Of a DNA stretch of 64,000 nt, positions 1 to 12,396 are shown in pieces. This DNA comes from the human T2T-CHM13v2.0 reference genome, Homo sapiens. The position numbers and the translations under genes were made by a program. The notes under the pieces were generated by a model. The model saw only the letters and a program-made list of their open reading frames with translations. It was not told the origin of the DNA and made no database searches. The DNA lies in assembly GCF_009914755.1 (NCBI RefSeq), contig NC_060927.1. One strand, written 5' to 3'. Every line of letters starts with the position of its first letter. The first letter of the stretch is position 1.

Positions 1-165
1 ACCTGTTAGATGTCACTGCATGAACTGACCCTCACCTGGTTGTGTTTTGAGCCACAGAAGCAGTACTAGAATGTTCTACTTCGTCTTCATTTCCCTGAAC
101 CTGAATTTTCCTCAGTGAGCTAATTTTTTTTTTTAGGGTGATATTTCAAACAATTGTAGGGTAGC

Positions 166-796
166 TTGTTTTTTTGTTTTTTGTTTTTGTTTGTTTGTTT
201 GTTTGTTTGTTTGAGACGGAGTCTTGCTCTGTCACCCAGGCTGGAGTGCAGTGGTGTGATCTTGGCTAACTGCAACCTCCGCCTCCCGGGTTCAAGTGGT
301 TACTCATGCCTCAGCCTCCCGAGTAGCTAGGATTACAGTCAGGCACCACCACACCTGGCTAATTTTCTTTATTTTTAAACAGAGTCTTGCTGTGTTGCCC
401 AGGCTGGAGTGTAGTGGTGCACGTTCTTGACTCACTGCAACCTCCGCCTCCTGGGTTCAAGTGATTCTTCTGCCTCAGCCTCCCCAGTAGCTGGGATTAC
501 ACGTGTGTGCCACCACACCCAGCTAATTTTTATATTTTTTAGTAGAGATGAGGTTTCACCATATTAGCCAGGCTGGTCTTGAACTTCTGACGTCAAGTGA
601 TCCACCTGCCTCGGCCTCCCAAAGTGCTACAATTATAGGTGTGAACTACCGTGCCAGGCCTACTTTTTGTATTTTTTATAGAGCTGGGGTTTCACCTTGT
701 TGGCCAGGCTGGTTTCGAACTCCTGGCCTCAAGTGTTCTACCTGCCTCAGTCTCCCAAAGTGCTGGGATTACAGGCCTGAGCCACTGTGCCTGGCC
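166..796 (-). mobile_element. Outer Alu (S/J type) with (GTTT)n tail, split at its central linker by a second Alu
   Basis: Right-arm antisense sequence 213-~362 (gagacggagtcttgctctgtcacccaggctgg...) and left arm 661-796 ending gagccactgtgcctggcc. Confidence 0.9.
363..660 (-). mobile_element. Full-length AluS nested in the linker of the outer Alu
   Basis: Complete two-arm antisense Alu (acagagtcttgctg...gaactaccgtgccaggcc); linker-like T-rich sequence on both sides. Confidence 0.9.
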
Positions 797-849
797 CTCA
801 GTGAGAGAATGTTTTAAACCAATTTCTTATACCCCAATTTATAAACCAA

Positions 850-1080
850 TACTAATGATAGCTAATTCCTACTGAATGCTGAGTGTCAGAGACTGTTCTA
901 AATGCTCCGTGTGTATCTAATTCTCACAGAAACCTCATGAGAAGTATACTATCGTTATCCCCTTTCACAGTTGAGGAAACTGAGGCATGAAGAGGCTACA
1001 TTCAGGATTCCCTGACTAGCATTTGGTGGACCTGAAATGACCACTCCAGCACTCAAATGCTGAGCCTAGACCCTTAACCA
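850..1080 (-). mobile_element. MIR SINE
   Basis: ttatcccctttcacagttgaggaaactgaggca is the reverse complement of the MIR core. Confidence 0.8.
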
Positions 1081-2269
1081 GGATGCAGACATCTTGAGAA
1101 CAAAACAAGGTAAAATGACCATAGGTCAGAGGAAGAGCTGTCCACACTCTATACATTGTCATCGGGACAGTAAGTCCTTTTCCTTGGCCTCCTGCCCCCA
1201 AGTACAGGAGGGTCTGCAGAATGTCAGGAACTCGTTGATCTTAGATTAGAACCCACTGGGGCTACAGTCAGAGAGCAGGAGAACAGCAAATTGTGGGGCC
1301 TCAGGATGAGGCTCTCTAGATGTGATTAAATGATTTTCCTCTTCTAAAAGGACAGGAGAACTTCAAGATGAGTGCGATTTCCGTGCTGTGTACTGTGCGT
1401 TTTATCTTCAGTTATCTCGAGAAAAAAAAAAAAAAAAGCAAGGATGGTAGCTTTGAGGCCATGTGAGAGGCTCAGGGCTGCTGGAGGATCCTTGGTAGCC
1501 TGGTGAGGACTGCAAGGAGGGCAGAAGCAGCTCTTGGTTTGAGGGTAAAGGGATGCCCTTGATCATGGAATGGCTTAGGGGACCTGGCTCAGGGCACTTT
1601 TGGAACTCTGTTGGAAGTGACTGTCCTTTGGGCTGGTGTCACATGCATCTTCGAGGAGGGGCTGGCTTGGGGATTTTGTGCCCCAAGCCTCCCCCGTGCT
1701 ATAACTTGGAGGATAAAGCCTCAAGCCAGCCTTGCCCCAGTGGCCTCCGGGGTGCTGAAAGGCTTAGCTTTACCGTGGCGCCTCTGAGGGGGTTTTGTAA
1801 AGCTCAGGAATCCCCTCTTCTCCTGATAGTTCTGTGGGGCATGTGCCATTCTGAGGGCCAGAGTTCCTGAGCTGATTCAGGGATTATTCTTTTAAGAACC
1901 CAACCCTTCACTCATCTTAAGCAATTTGGAAGGGATGTTTTGTTCTTTCTTCCCCACTAAACTGCATTGTTCTCTTCTCTGACTTTAAAATCATTTTACA
2001 AAGCATTTTCTTTGCCTCCCTTTGACTGGTTGAGAGGAGAAGGGATTTGCCCAACTCCACAGGCAACTTGGAAAGGCGTTAAGATCATACTGTGCCCAGA
2101 GAAGCCTCACAAAATAAATGCTCCACCCACCCCCTAGCCTCCACACGACCGTCACTCTGGCTGTCTGTATTCTTCATCCCATAGGACTGGATTAATAAGG
2201 GATGTTGAAGGTGGCAAACGTTGCTGGCAGCGGAAAAAAAGGGAAGGAGGTAGCTGTCTTAGGGTAATG

Positions 2270-3170
<901 letters not shown>

Positions 3171-3974
3171 GACTTGGGCTGCATGTACCGATGGTATTAA
3201 CTCTCCTCATCACACCTGATTAAAAAGGGTGGGGAGTGTAGGTAGTAGACCTTTTCACTTCTGTGAATGCTCCAAGATGCTCCTATTTCTCACTGCTGTT
3301 TCATTCCAGGGGTCTCTTGGGTGCTGACATTTCTCTCTTCTCTTTTTCCCTCCTTTCCTCTTTCTCTTTCTTTCTCCTTCCCTGGCTGAAGTCACATTTG
3401 GTCCAAAAGTTTTGAGTGAGTTTGAGTCATTGCTGTGTTTCTTCAAGGGTGATAAATCCTAAAGCTATCTCAGGAAAATAGGAACACTCATTTCTCATGG
3501 TCAGTCAACAGCATGACAGGAAAAGGCATTTTCAGTCACTGGGGTGAGAGCTCACGCAGGCCCTCCCTGCAGCTGAAGGGAGAGTTGAGATGGTTCATTG
3601 TCTCTGGTTTAATTACTTCTGCTGGTATTAGACATCTTGTGACTCCAGCAAGAAGAACATGACAAGACAAGTTAGGAACGAAGCCACTGATGCACGGCTG
3701 CTGCCAGCCATTGAAAAATCACTTCATGTCAGGGGCCCACGACAGATGCATGGTACTTCCCCTGTGGTGGAAACTGTGGTTTCTCTTCCTGGGTGTGGCA
3801 CTGGGGCCTTGGGCTCCATCCAGGTGCTGCGGACCTCAGAAAGCAGGTGGGAGGACAGTGTACATTCTCTCCAGGTGACCTCCACCATCCTCTAGTAAAT
3901 GGCTATCTAGGTAGCCACTCTTAAGGGAATCCTCTCCTCTGCTGGTGTTGGGGAAGAGTCAAACTGTTACCTTA

Positions 3975-4150
3975 GTTCACTGTGTAATGCTTAGCCCCAC
4001 CCAATGGGGAGCACTTCTAGTAGCATTCTTATTTTGCAGGTGAGAGAGCTCAGAGGATTTAAGTCCCTTGCCACTGAGCCCACAGCAATGAAACTGGAAG
4101 TCTCCAGTTTCAACCCATATCCAGCTGTCTCCATATCTACTACTCTTAAA
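3975..4150 (-). mobile_element. MIR SINE
   Basis: cttattttgcaggtgagagagctcagaggatttaagtcccttgcc resembles the antisense MIR core. Confidence 0.65.
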
Positions 4151-4369
4151 TTGTAGCACATTGGAGTCACCGAGGGGTTGGCAGTGGGGGGTCTTGCCAA
4201 AAGTGATTCGTGGGCTCCATTTTCTGCAGGAAGAACCCCAGAATCTGTGTTCATAGGTGGCTCATAGATCATATTTTGGGGTTTTGAGGGGGTTAGGGTG
4301 CCCTCCGGGGCTTGGCAAAGAGTGTTTCTGCAAGCCAGAGCATGTCCAGAAGTGCCACTCAGTGTGGTT

Positions 4370-5092
4370 GTATTCCCAGTGAATTGGACAGGAATCAGGG
4401 ACAGGCATCTACCAGTTATTTGAACAGAGAGAATTTAATGTTAAAAATTGCAAATCTAGTATTGATGAGATGAAAGGACAAAAGAGAACTCTAGGTTTTC
4501 TTGGAAGTAGCAACTGCAGGCAACAGCCACCACCTCAATAGTTCGTATGGGAGGAGGGGCAGAGGAAAGAAAGAGGTTACTAAAATTTAGAAGCTTGGGG
4601 GAGAAGCTCTATCAGGCTGGGACCCGGACCTCTGGCAAGGGCATGCCGGCGGGCAAGTGCTAAGGTCTCTGAGCTCACAGGAGGGTCCTGTGGGGATGCG
4701 AATCAGACTTTTTAGGAGGGAGTTCTGGGGTCTCTGAAGGAGATGCAATGAGACTGATTCTGTGAATGTTGGCGAGCTACCACCTAGGTTAATTTACTGC
4801 TACTGGAATGAGCTGTCCTTGCTGGAGTGAAGAAACCCTGCTAGGATGAAGGCGTTGGGAATGAGAATCCAATGGGAAGCAAACAGGAAGATCCCTCTCC
4901 CTCCTCCATGGATGCAACATCCTCCTATTGACCTTATTGGCCAGACCAGGCAGACCCTAGCCAGGAATAGCTGACAAAGCAGAAACGTGGTTTGCAGAGC
5001 CCCAGCGCCAGTCCCAAGCTGGGGGCCCAGCCTCACAGAGCCCAATCCAACGTGTGCTTGGTGCTGGACATGTTAGCTTATTGGCTGGAATA
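4370..5092 (-). mobile_element. Ancient LTR, LTR78-like
   Basis: cagttatttgaacagagagaatttaat near the left end and caaagcagaaacgtggtttgcagagccccagc near the right end resemble the recalled LTR78 consensus; family call tentative. Confidence 0.5.
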
Positions 5093-5267
5093 CCCAGTAA
5101 TGACTGGAAGCTTGCTGCATGAATTCTGTATTATTTGCAATCTACTGATATGTCAAGTTCTTATTTCCTAGGTTTTTATTTCTCTTGGACTATTGAGTAG
5201 GGCTCTTGGGGGTGTGGGTGGGAGCGCAGTGCTGCCTAATGGAAAAAGGGTAGTGTCTGGATGCTGA

Positions 5268-5410
5268 CAACTCAATTTCTCCATCTGTAAAATGGGGCTA
5301 ATTATACATATCTGGCAGTATTATTAAGAATTAAACAAAATGTTGCGCTCCCAAGCTCAGTGCTGGGCACACAGCAGGCACAGTACACAATGGCTATATC
5401 ATTATCATCG
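5268..5410 (+). mobile_element. MIR SINE 3' part
   Basis: ctcaatttctccatctgtaaaatggggctaat MIR core. Confidence 0.75.
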
Positions 5411-5855
5411 TTACCATAATTTTCAACCACTCGCATTGTTAAAATCCGTCTGCTGTAGTTAAAACATAGTTGTACTGGATGGATTTGGATGTGGGAAATA
5501 GAAAGTGCTCTTTTATCCTGAATATGGATTAATCTTGTGTGCTGTTGTGGTTGACTTAGAAGAAGATTAAAGTATTCTACTGCATTTCCAAAACATACCC
5601 AGGTTTTTCTTTATCACCTATTTCACGAATAAATATATGTGCATTATCCATTTTACCTGAACTCCTGGTATCTATCAAAATATACTGAGAAATATTTGAC
5701 CAGTTGGTATCATTAATTAATGATAAGTAGTAGCTAATGTTCATCAATTCAAATGAGATGAGTTTCAAGAAACAAGAGCCTGTCTGTATTAGTGAAATAT
5801 AAAAAGGAGGTTTGAAAAGTAGTGTCACTTTTATATTATTTGTCCATTTTCTAGA

Positions 5856-6030
5856 GTAGTGGTCAAGGCTCAGACTACCTGGGTGGGTATCTAGGCTTTA
5901 CTGTTTCTGATCTGAGTGACTTCAGGCAAGTGATTTCCTCTCCTTGTGCTGTGGTTCCCTCATTTAGAAAATAGGAGACAAGAACCATGTCCCCATCTTG
6001 CAGGGTTGTTTTTGGGCAGATTAGTAGTGC
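5856..6030 (+). mobile_element. MIR SINE
   Basis: gtggtcaagg...gtgacttcaggcaagtgattt...ttccctcatttagaaaatagg. Confidence 0.7.
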
Positions 6031-6895
6031 CCAGTGTCTACTGAGTCCTTGAGGGGAGGCAAGTGCACAGTGAACATTAGCAATGGAGAAGATTATGGTC
6101 CATGGGACCCTGGACCAGGATCAGCAGGTGCCTCTGAGTAGGCATCCTTAGGCAGCCTGTGCTGCTATGAACACAGAGAGGATACAGACTTGGCATGGTA
6201 GATTTGGGAATGTGTATGGCCTGGTGATTGGTTTTCAAAGCACTTAATTCTCCGAAGTGACCTTGCATTATTTTCTTATCTCATTCACTCCCTTGGCAAA
6301 ACTCTCCCAGTAAGTGGTTGGATGGGAAGTCTCCCAGCAGCCTGTTTGTGAGAGACCATAGACTGTGAACTGGCTGGGACCCCAGTGAATGGCGGTCCCC
6401 TCCAACAGAGGCTGCTGGTCTCTGGCAGTCAGAAACTGCCCAGTGGCATCCCAGGAGAGCCAGCCTGGCTGAGCCCCATCCTGCCTGTCCATGAACTCAT
6501 CGGGCGAGCTGTGCCCACTTTCCTGCCATTTCCTTTGTAGGATAGGCCAAGAAGGGGAGCTGAGCAGCACTGAGAAGAGAGCAGGGCAGCCTCTCCCAGC
6601 TAGGAAAAGTGCCCAGTGTGCAGAAAATTAGGGGCCCACAGGCCTGGCAGCCAGCTGTGCTTCCCCACTCCCTGACACCCTGCTACCTGCACACAAGGTG
6701 CAATCAAATCGCATGACTTCCCAATTCTCAGATGGATTTGTTTTACCAGAAGCAGGCAGGCACCCTGGCCTGTTCTCCACACAGCAGCAGAGTAACCCTT
6801 CCCCCTTCCCCAGTTAGAATTGGTACACAAAAATTGCACATAATTATACAGTTGGTGCATGCGGATGTATGTATATGCTCATGTTATGATCACAG

Positions 6896-7295
6896 TTTCA
6901 TGCGCGTCCGTGTGAAGAAACCACCAAACAGGCTTTGTGTGAGCAACATGGCTGTTTATTTCACCTGGGTGCGGGTGGGCTGAGTCCGAAAAGAGTCAGC
7001 CAAGGGAGATAGGGGTGGGGCTGTTTTATAGGATTTGGGTAGGTAAAGGAAAAAGGGGGGTTGTTCTCTGGCGGGCAGGAGTGGGGGGTCACAGGGTACT
7101 CAGTGGGGGAGCTTTTGAGCCAGGATGAGCCAGGAGAAGGAATTTCACAAGACAATGTCTTCAGTTAAGGCAGGAATAGGCCATTTTCACTTTTGTGGTG
7201 GAATGTCATCAGTTAAGGCAGGAACCCGCGGTCTGGATGTGTACGTGCAGGTCACAGGGGATATGATGGCTTAGCTTGGGCTCAGAGGCCTGACA
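6896..7295 (-). mobile_element. Solo HERV-H LTR7 (400 bp)
   Basis: Minus strand reads TGTCAGGCCTCTGAGCCCAAGCTAAGCCATCATATCCCCTGTGACCTGCACGTAC...CACACGGACGCGCATGAAA; perfect TSD cacag at 6891-6895 and 7296-7300; no PBS or internal sequence adjacent. Confidence 0.97.
6955..7030 (-). promoter_or_regulatory. LTR7 TATA box (7024-7030) and poly(A) signal (6955-6960)
   Basis: ttttata = TATAAAA and tttatt = AATAAA on the minus strand at the expected LTR7 U3/R positions; activity not shown. Confidence 0.7.
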
Positions 7296-7744
7296 CACAG
7301 CCCAGGTGATAAACATATTTATCACCTCCAAACATTTCCTTGTGTCCCTTCTTTTTTGTTTTGTTTTTGTGATTAGAACACTTAACGTGAGATCTAATCT
7401 CTTACCAATTTTTTGGGTGCATAGTACCATATTGTTAACTATAGGCACAATGTTATACAGCAGATCACTGGAACTTTCTCATCTTGTATAACGGTAACTT
7501 TATACACATTCAACAACAGCTCCCATGATCTCTCTCCCTGCCGGCCCCTAGTAGCCACCATTTTGTTATCTACTTGTATACCTCTGACTATTTTAGATGC
7601 CAGGTAGATGAGAAATTCATCACAGTATTTGTCCTGTGACTAACTTATTTCACTTTGCATAATGTCTTCCAGGTCCATCCATGTTGTAAATGGTAGGATT
7701 TCCTTCTTTCCAAGGCTGGGTAAGATTCCATTGTATGTATATAA

Positions 7745-8030
7745 GGTCAGGTGCAGTGGCTCACACCTGTAATCCCAGCACTTTGGGAGGCCGAGGCAGG
7801 TGGATCATTTGAGGTCAGGAGTTTGAGACCAGCCTAGCCAACATGGTGAAACCCCGTCTCTACTAAAAATACAAAAATTAGCCTGGCATGGTGGCACATG
7901 CCTGTAATCCCAGCTACTCAGGAGACTCAAGCGGGAGACTGGGAGGTGGAAGTTGCAATGAGCTGAGATTGCACCACTGCTTTCCTGCCTGAGCAACAGA
8001 GTGAGTGAGACTCTGTCTCAAAAAAGAAAA
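7745..8030 (+). mobile_element. AluS inserted in the L1MA
   Basis: ggtcaggtgcagtggctcacacctgtaatcccagc...ctctgtctcaaaaaa; degenerate TSD (attgtatgt) on both sides. Confidence 0.95.
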
Positions 8031-8591
8031 CAGAAATTATATTGTATGTGTACACTACATTTTCTTTATCCATTCAGTTGCCAATGGACATTGCATTGTT
8101 TCCATATCTGGGCTGTTGTGAATAGTGCTGCAGTGAACATGGGTATACAGATAACCTCTTTGAGACAGTGATTTTATTTTCTTTGGACATATACCAAGAA
8201 GTGGGATTGCTGGATTATATGGCAGTTTTATTTTTTAATGTTTTGAGGAATCTCCATACTGTTTTCATAATGGCTGTACCAACTTATATTTCACCAACAG
8301 GGCACAAGTGTTCTTCCTTTTTCTCATCAACACTTGTTATATTTTGTCTTTTTGGTAATAGCCATCCTAACAGGTGTCAGATGGTATCTCATTGTGGTTT
8401 TGATTTGCATTTCCCTGATGATGAACAATGTTGAGCAGCTTTCCATTTACCTGTTGACCATTTGTATATCTTCTCTGGAGAAATGCCTATTCAGGTTCTT
8501 TGCCCATTTTTAAAATCAGGTTATTTGTTTGCTATTTTTAGGAATCTCTTATGTTTTGGAAATTAAACCCGTATCAGATAAATGGTTTATA

Positions 8592-8747
8592 AATGATTTC
8601 TTGGAGATGACACCAGAAGCATAAGCAACAAAAACAAAAAATAGATAAATGGGACTACACCAAACTAAGAAGCTTCTGCACAGCAACGGATACAATCAGC
8701 AGAGTAAAGAGGAAACCTATGGGATGGGAGAAAGACACTTTGAAAAC
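8592..8747 (+). mobile_element. Inverted 5' segment of the same L1 (ORF2 fragment)
   Basis: Sense L1 ORF2 sequence gatttcttggagatgacaccagaagca...aaactaagaagcttctgcacagca...atgggagaaa. Confidence 0.85.
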
Positions 8748-8904
8748 TGGAGGCTTCTGGTACCAAAGATCCCCCCAAACCTCCACTCACTCCCCGCTCA
8801 GTGCAGAGTTTAAGCCAATGTCTTGGTGGGAGTCAGCAAGGCCTGGTGTGATGGGTGCCTGTTCCCTGCCTTCCTCTCAACTGCTGCCCCCTCATGCCCT
8901 CTGC

Positions 8905-9320
8905 GCAGCCCACTGTTCTCAGGCATGCAAGATACACAACTACTTTGGGGTCTTTGTGCTTCCTGTTCCCTCTCTCTGGGGCACTTTGCCCCCAGATTGC
9001 CACATTGACTTACTCTAACTTCCTTCATGTCTTTTGCTTAGGTACTACTTTTTCAATGAGCTCTATCCTACTAGATTTAAAGTTGTCCCCTGTCCCCTGA
9101 TCTCCAGCTATCTTAGTCAGTGCTTTTCTTTTACTGATAGCACCTTTCATCTTGTAAAAAATTAGATAAATAACACAAGGAAGTAAATTTTTGTTATGTC
9201 ATCTGCTAGAAGCAGAACACTTTGTGAGCTGGGCACTGCGTTTGTTTTCTCCGAAGTGCCCAGAGTGGTGCCTGGCACACAGTGTGCGTTCAGGGAGCCT
9301 TTGGCAGGAGGGTGTGAATG
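8905..9320 (+). mobile_element. L2 3' fragment
   Basis: Ends ccagagtggtgcctggcacacagt...gtgaatg, an L2-terminus-like sequence. Confidence 0.55.
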
Positions 9321-9349
9321 CCTGCTGAGCACTTTGCTGCATTTCCTAT

Positions 9350-9470
9350 GAGCATCACTTCATTGATACTCCCAGCACTTTTATGATACAGATATTTATA
9401 GTATATCCCTTTTGTAAGTGAGAAAACTGAGTTGAGGGCAGGTTAAGTAACTTGACTCCAAAGCCCATAC
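9350..9470 (-). mobile_element. MIR fragment
   Basis: cccttttgtaagtgagaaaactgag...ggttaagtaacttg. Confidence 0.7.
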
Positions 9471-10090
9471 CTTTCACCTGATCCCCAGTTCCTCCTCCTC
9501 CTCTGAATCTCTGGGGGTAGACAGAGATCATATAAGTCTGCCTACGGCTTCCCTGTTGAGCTTCCTTGGGAATGCAGAGAGCATCCAGGGACCTGGGGAG
9601 TGTTGCCAAGAAGCGTGTCCTGAATTTTGAATGGTGCTGGATGAACTTTCAGGAAAACTGCCACGGGGACAGAGAGAGTGACCTTGGACAGGAAAGGCTT
9701 TCAGGTGGTAGAATTTCCTTGCACCTTGAACATCTTTGTAGTACGTAAAGCAGTGGTGATGATTGCTGTCATTTATCTCTGCGGTGTTTGTCTTCTTTAG
9801 TAAACAACAAGATCAGTTCCTGTTTTGTTCTCCCCCAGAGCTTAGTGCCTGGCACAGTGCTAGATGCCTAGGTGGTGCTCAGTAAACATTTGTGGAAGAA
9901 GATCAGAACAAGCAGATTTAGGCCAAAGCATGGTGTCTGCATCCTCCCTGCAAATCCCCAACTGCTTTGTGTATTTAATGGCATAGGCAGACAAAATAAT
10001 GACTTACCCTTTGAAGTCAATCCTGACAACCCAAAGGGAATGATTCCCAACTCAAAACCTGACCGTGAGCCTTGCATCTCCTAGTACTGA

Positions 10091-10458
<368 letters not shown>

Positions 10459-11836
10459 GCTTTCTAAGCTAACTTTATTGGTAGAGAAATCACCTTTACA
10501 CCTCATAAATGAAGCTCCTTCTTCCTGTAGATTTTGGGAAATCCTGTATTCTCAGTAGGCTGGCCCTTACATTCTCTCTTCAAACATCTGGAGATAAAAC
10601 CTGAGGCTCCCAATGCCAAATGGTTTTGGCCATCAACAGATTATCTGCCCTACTTACCTTACCTTAATCATTTCCATAAAAATATGAAGGGAGGAGATTT
10701 ATAGGGCTTAGTGAACATGTTCCATTACTGCAGCCCAGCACGCCAGGCCCTGGCTCCTCTCAGACCCTTCTCTCGGCCCAGAGCCTCCCACAAGAGCCTT
10801 TGTGCTCCCTCCCTCCCAAGATCTCCACGTGAAAGTGGAGCTCGGTTCATTGTTTGCTCATTCCTAATGTAAAAATAGATTTTGTTCTATTCTGCTCACT
10901 CCTCGGGGATTCCTATCTAGAAAAGAAAACAGCTGAGGTTGGTGACTGATGGGCCTCTTTGGGGGAGGCTTGTAAGAGCTGCATGTTAACTGTCCAGAGT
11001 GAATCCTGCTGCCTGCCGCTTGCCGAGCCTTATTGGGAAGCAAAGAGGCCCATGTGGAAATCTGTGCTGGAATGCGAACTGAAAGTAAGATGTCGAGGGA
11101 GGATTAGCCAAATGGCCAGGAAGGCTTCTGAGGCCCCACCAGAACCCTGGAACAGATTTCCAAGGTGCACTTGGATCTGGAGAGGGTCAGCCTGGCTGGG
11201 GGACAAGTGTCTAGAGCCTTCTAGGTCAAAGCCTGAATTTTTAGCCCTTTCAACCCTTACTTCTATGAATCGGACCCTCAAAGCCCATGGAAACTTTAGG
11301 GTTTTTAAGATTTGGATCACTTTAATTTTGCTTTCAGATGATGTGTTTCTATGCCTCAATGGGACAGAAACAAAAACTAACGGTTTTAGAATTTCAAAGA
11401 AGACTGTTCTGGTTCAGAACTCCAAATGTCTGTGTGAGCCAAGGACATACTTATTGAAATGTGTTTCGTCTCCACAGAATAATTACCTTAACCCTCCTAA
11501 AGTACTGACTCTTTCCCTTCCTCTTGACTTAGGAAAGGGGCTATATGCTCTCTTCATTAAACAAAACTACAGGTACATTAAAAAAATCCAGAGAGAGTCA
11601 TCTTAAGCTAGGGATTGACAGCTGGCTCACTAACATCAGGAAAAAGGGGTGGGGTGCAGATGCTGGGGTGTGGATCTCTGCTTCCACCTCTTGTAAGCAG
11701 AACACTTAAAGATTCCCAGTTTCCTCTTGCTGCAATAGATTCACCAGAGGTGGTAAAAGGCTGACTTAGCAGTCTCTCCAGGCTCTCAAGAAAATCCCAG
11801 AGGAACAGCCCTATGGTTCACACAGACATGTCAGGG

Positions 11837-11837
<1 letters not shown>

Positions 11838-11870
<33 letters not shown>
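11838..11870. repeat. (TG)n microsatellite
   Basis: Uninterrupted TG run. Confidence 0.98.
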
Positions 11871-11872
<2 letters not shown>

Positions 11873-12360
11873 AAAAGATAACTCCACATCTTCAGTGAAA
11901 TATCCCCCCTGGATCACCACTTCTTTTCCTGCTACAGGCTTTCATAGTACCTGCTGTTAATATTTTCCTTAATGACACCATCTTATAGTTAAAATTAGAT
12001 ATTATTTTGGGGTTTCTCTGTATTAACTCTATGCATCATAAATTACATAAGGGCAGATATCATGTTCCTCTGGGTCACCAGTGGATGCCCAATGCTCAGT
12101 TCGTTAGCACGTAGTAGCTGCCTGATAGGAAGTTCCTTCTGTGTGTGCGTTTGTGTGTATGTGTGTGTGTTTTTTATAGATGGATTGGCGAGGGTGCTGG
12201 GAGCCTCTATGCTACTGAGGACTGAACACAAAGCATGTGCTTGCAGGGTAGAAATAACTCAAACTTTCATGGATGGAGCCTGACACTCCCTGGACTCGCC
12301 TACCTGTGATCCCTGGAAGGCTAGCCTTGTTGACCACAACAAGGGAGAGTCTAAAGTGAC

Positions 12361-12396
12361 TAATCTATTAGGACTAGCCACAGTCCTAATAGATTA
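12361..12396. repeat. Perfect 15-bp inverted repeat with 6-nt spacer
   Basis: taatctattaggact-agccac-agtcctaatagatta. Confidence 0.95.

Larger units (their letters stand above)
6812..8594 (-). mobile_element. L1MA9/10-like LINE-1 3' end (ORF2 tail + 3'UTR), hosting LTR7 and an Alu
   Basis: Antisense L1M 3'UTR motifs (agaacacttaacgtgagatct, tgttaactataggcacaatgtt) and ORF2-end motifs (gtgggattgctggattatatgg, tctcattgtggttttgatttgcatttccctgatg). Confidence 0.85.
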
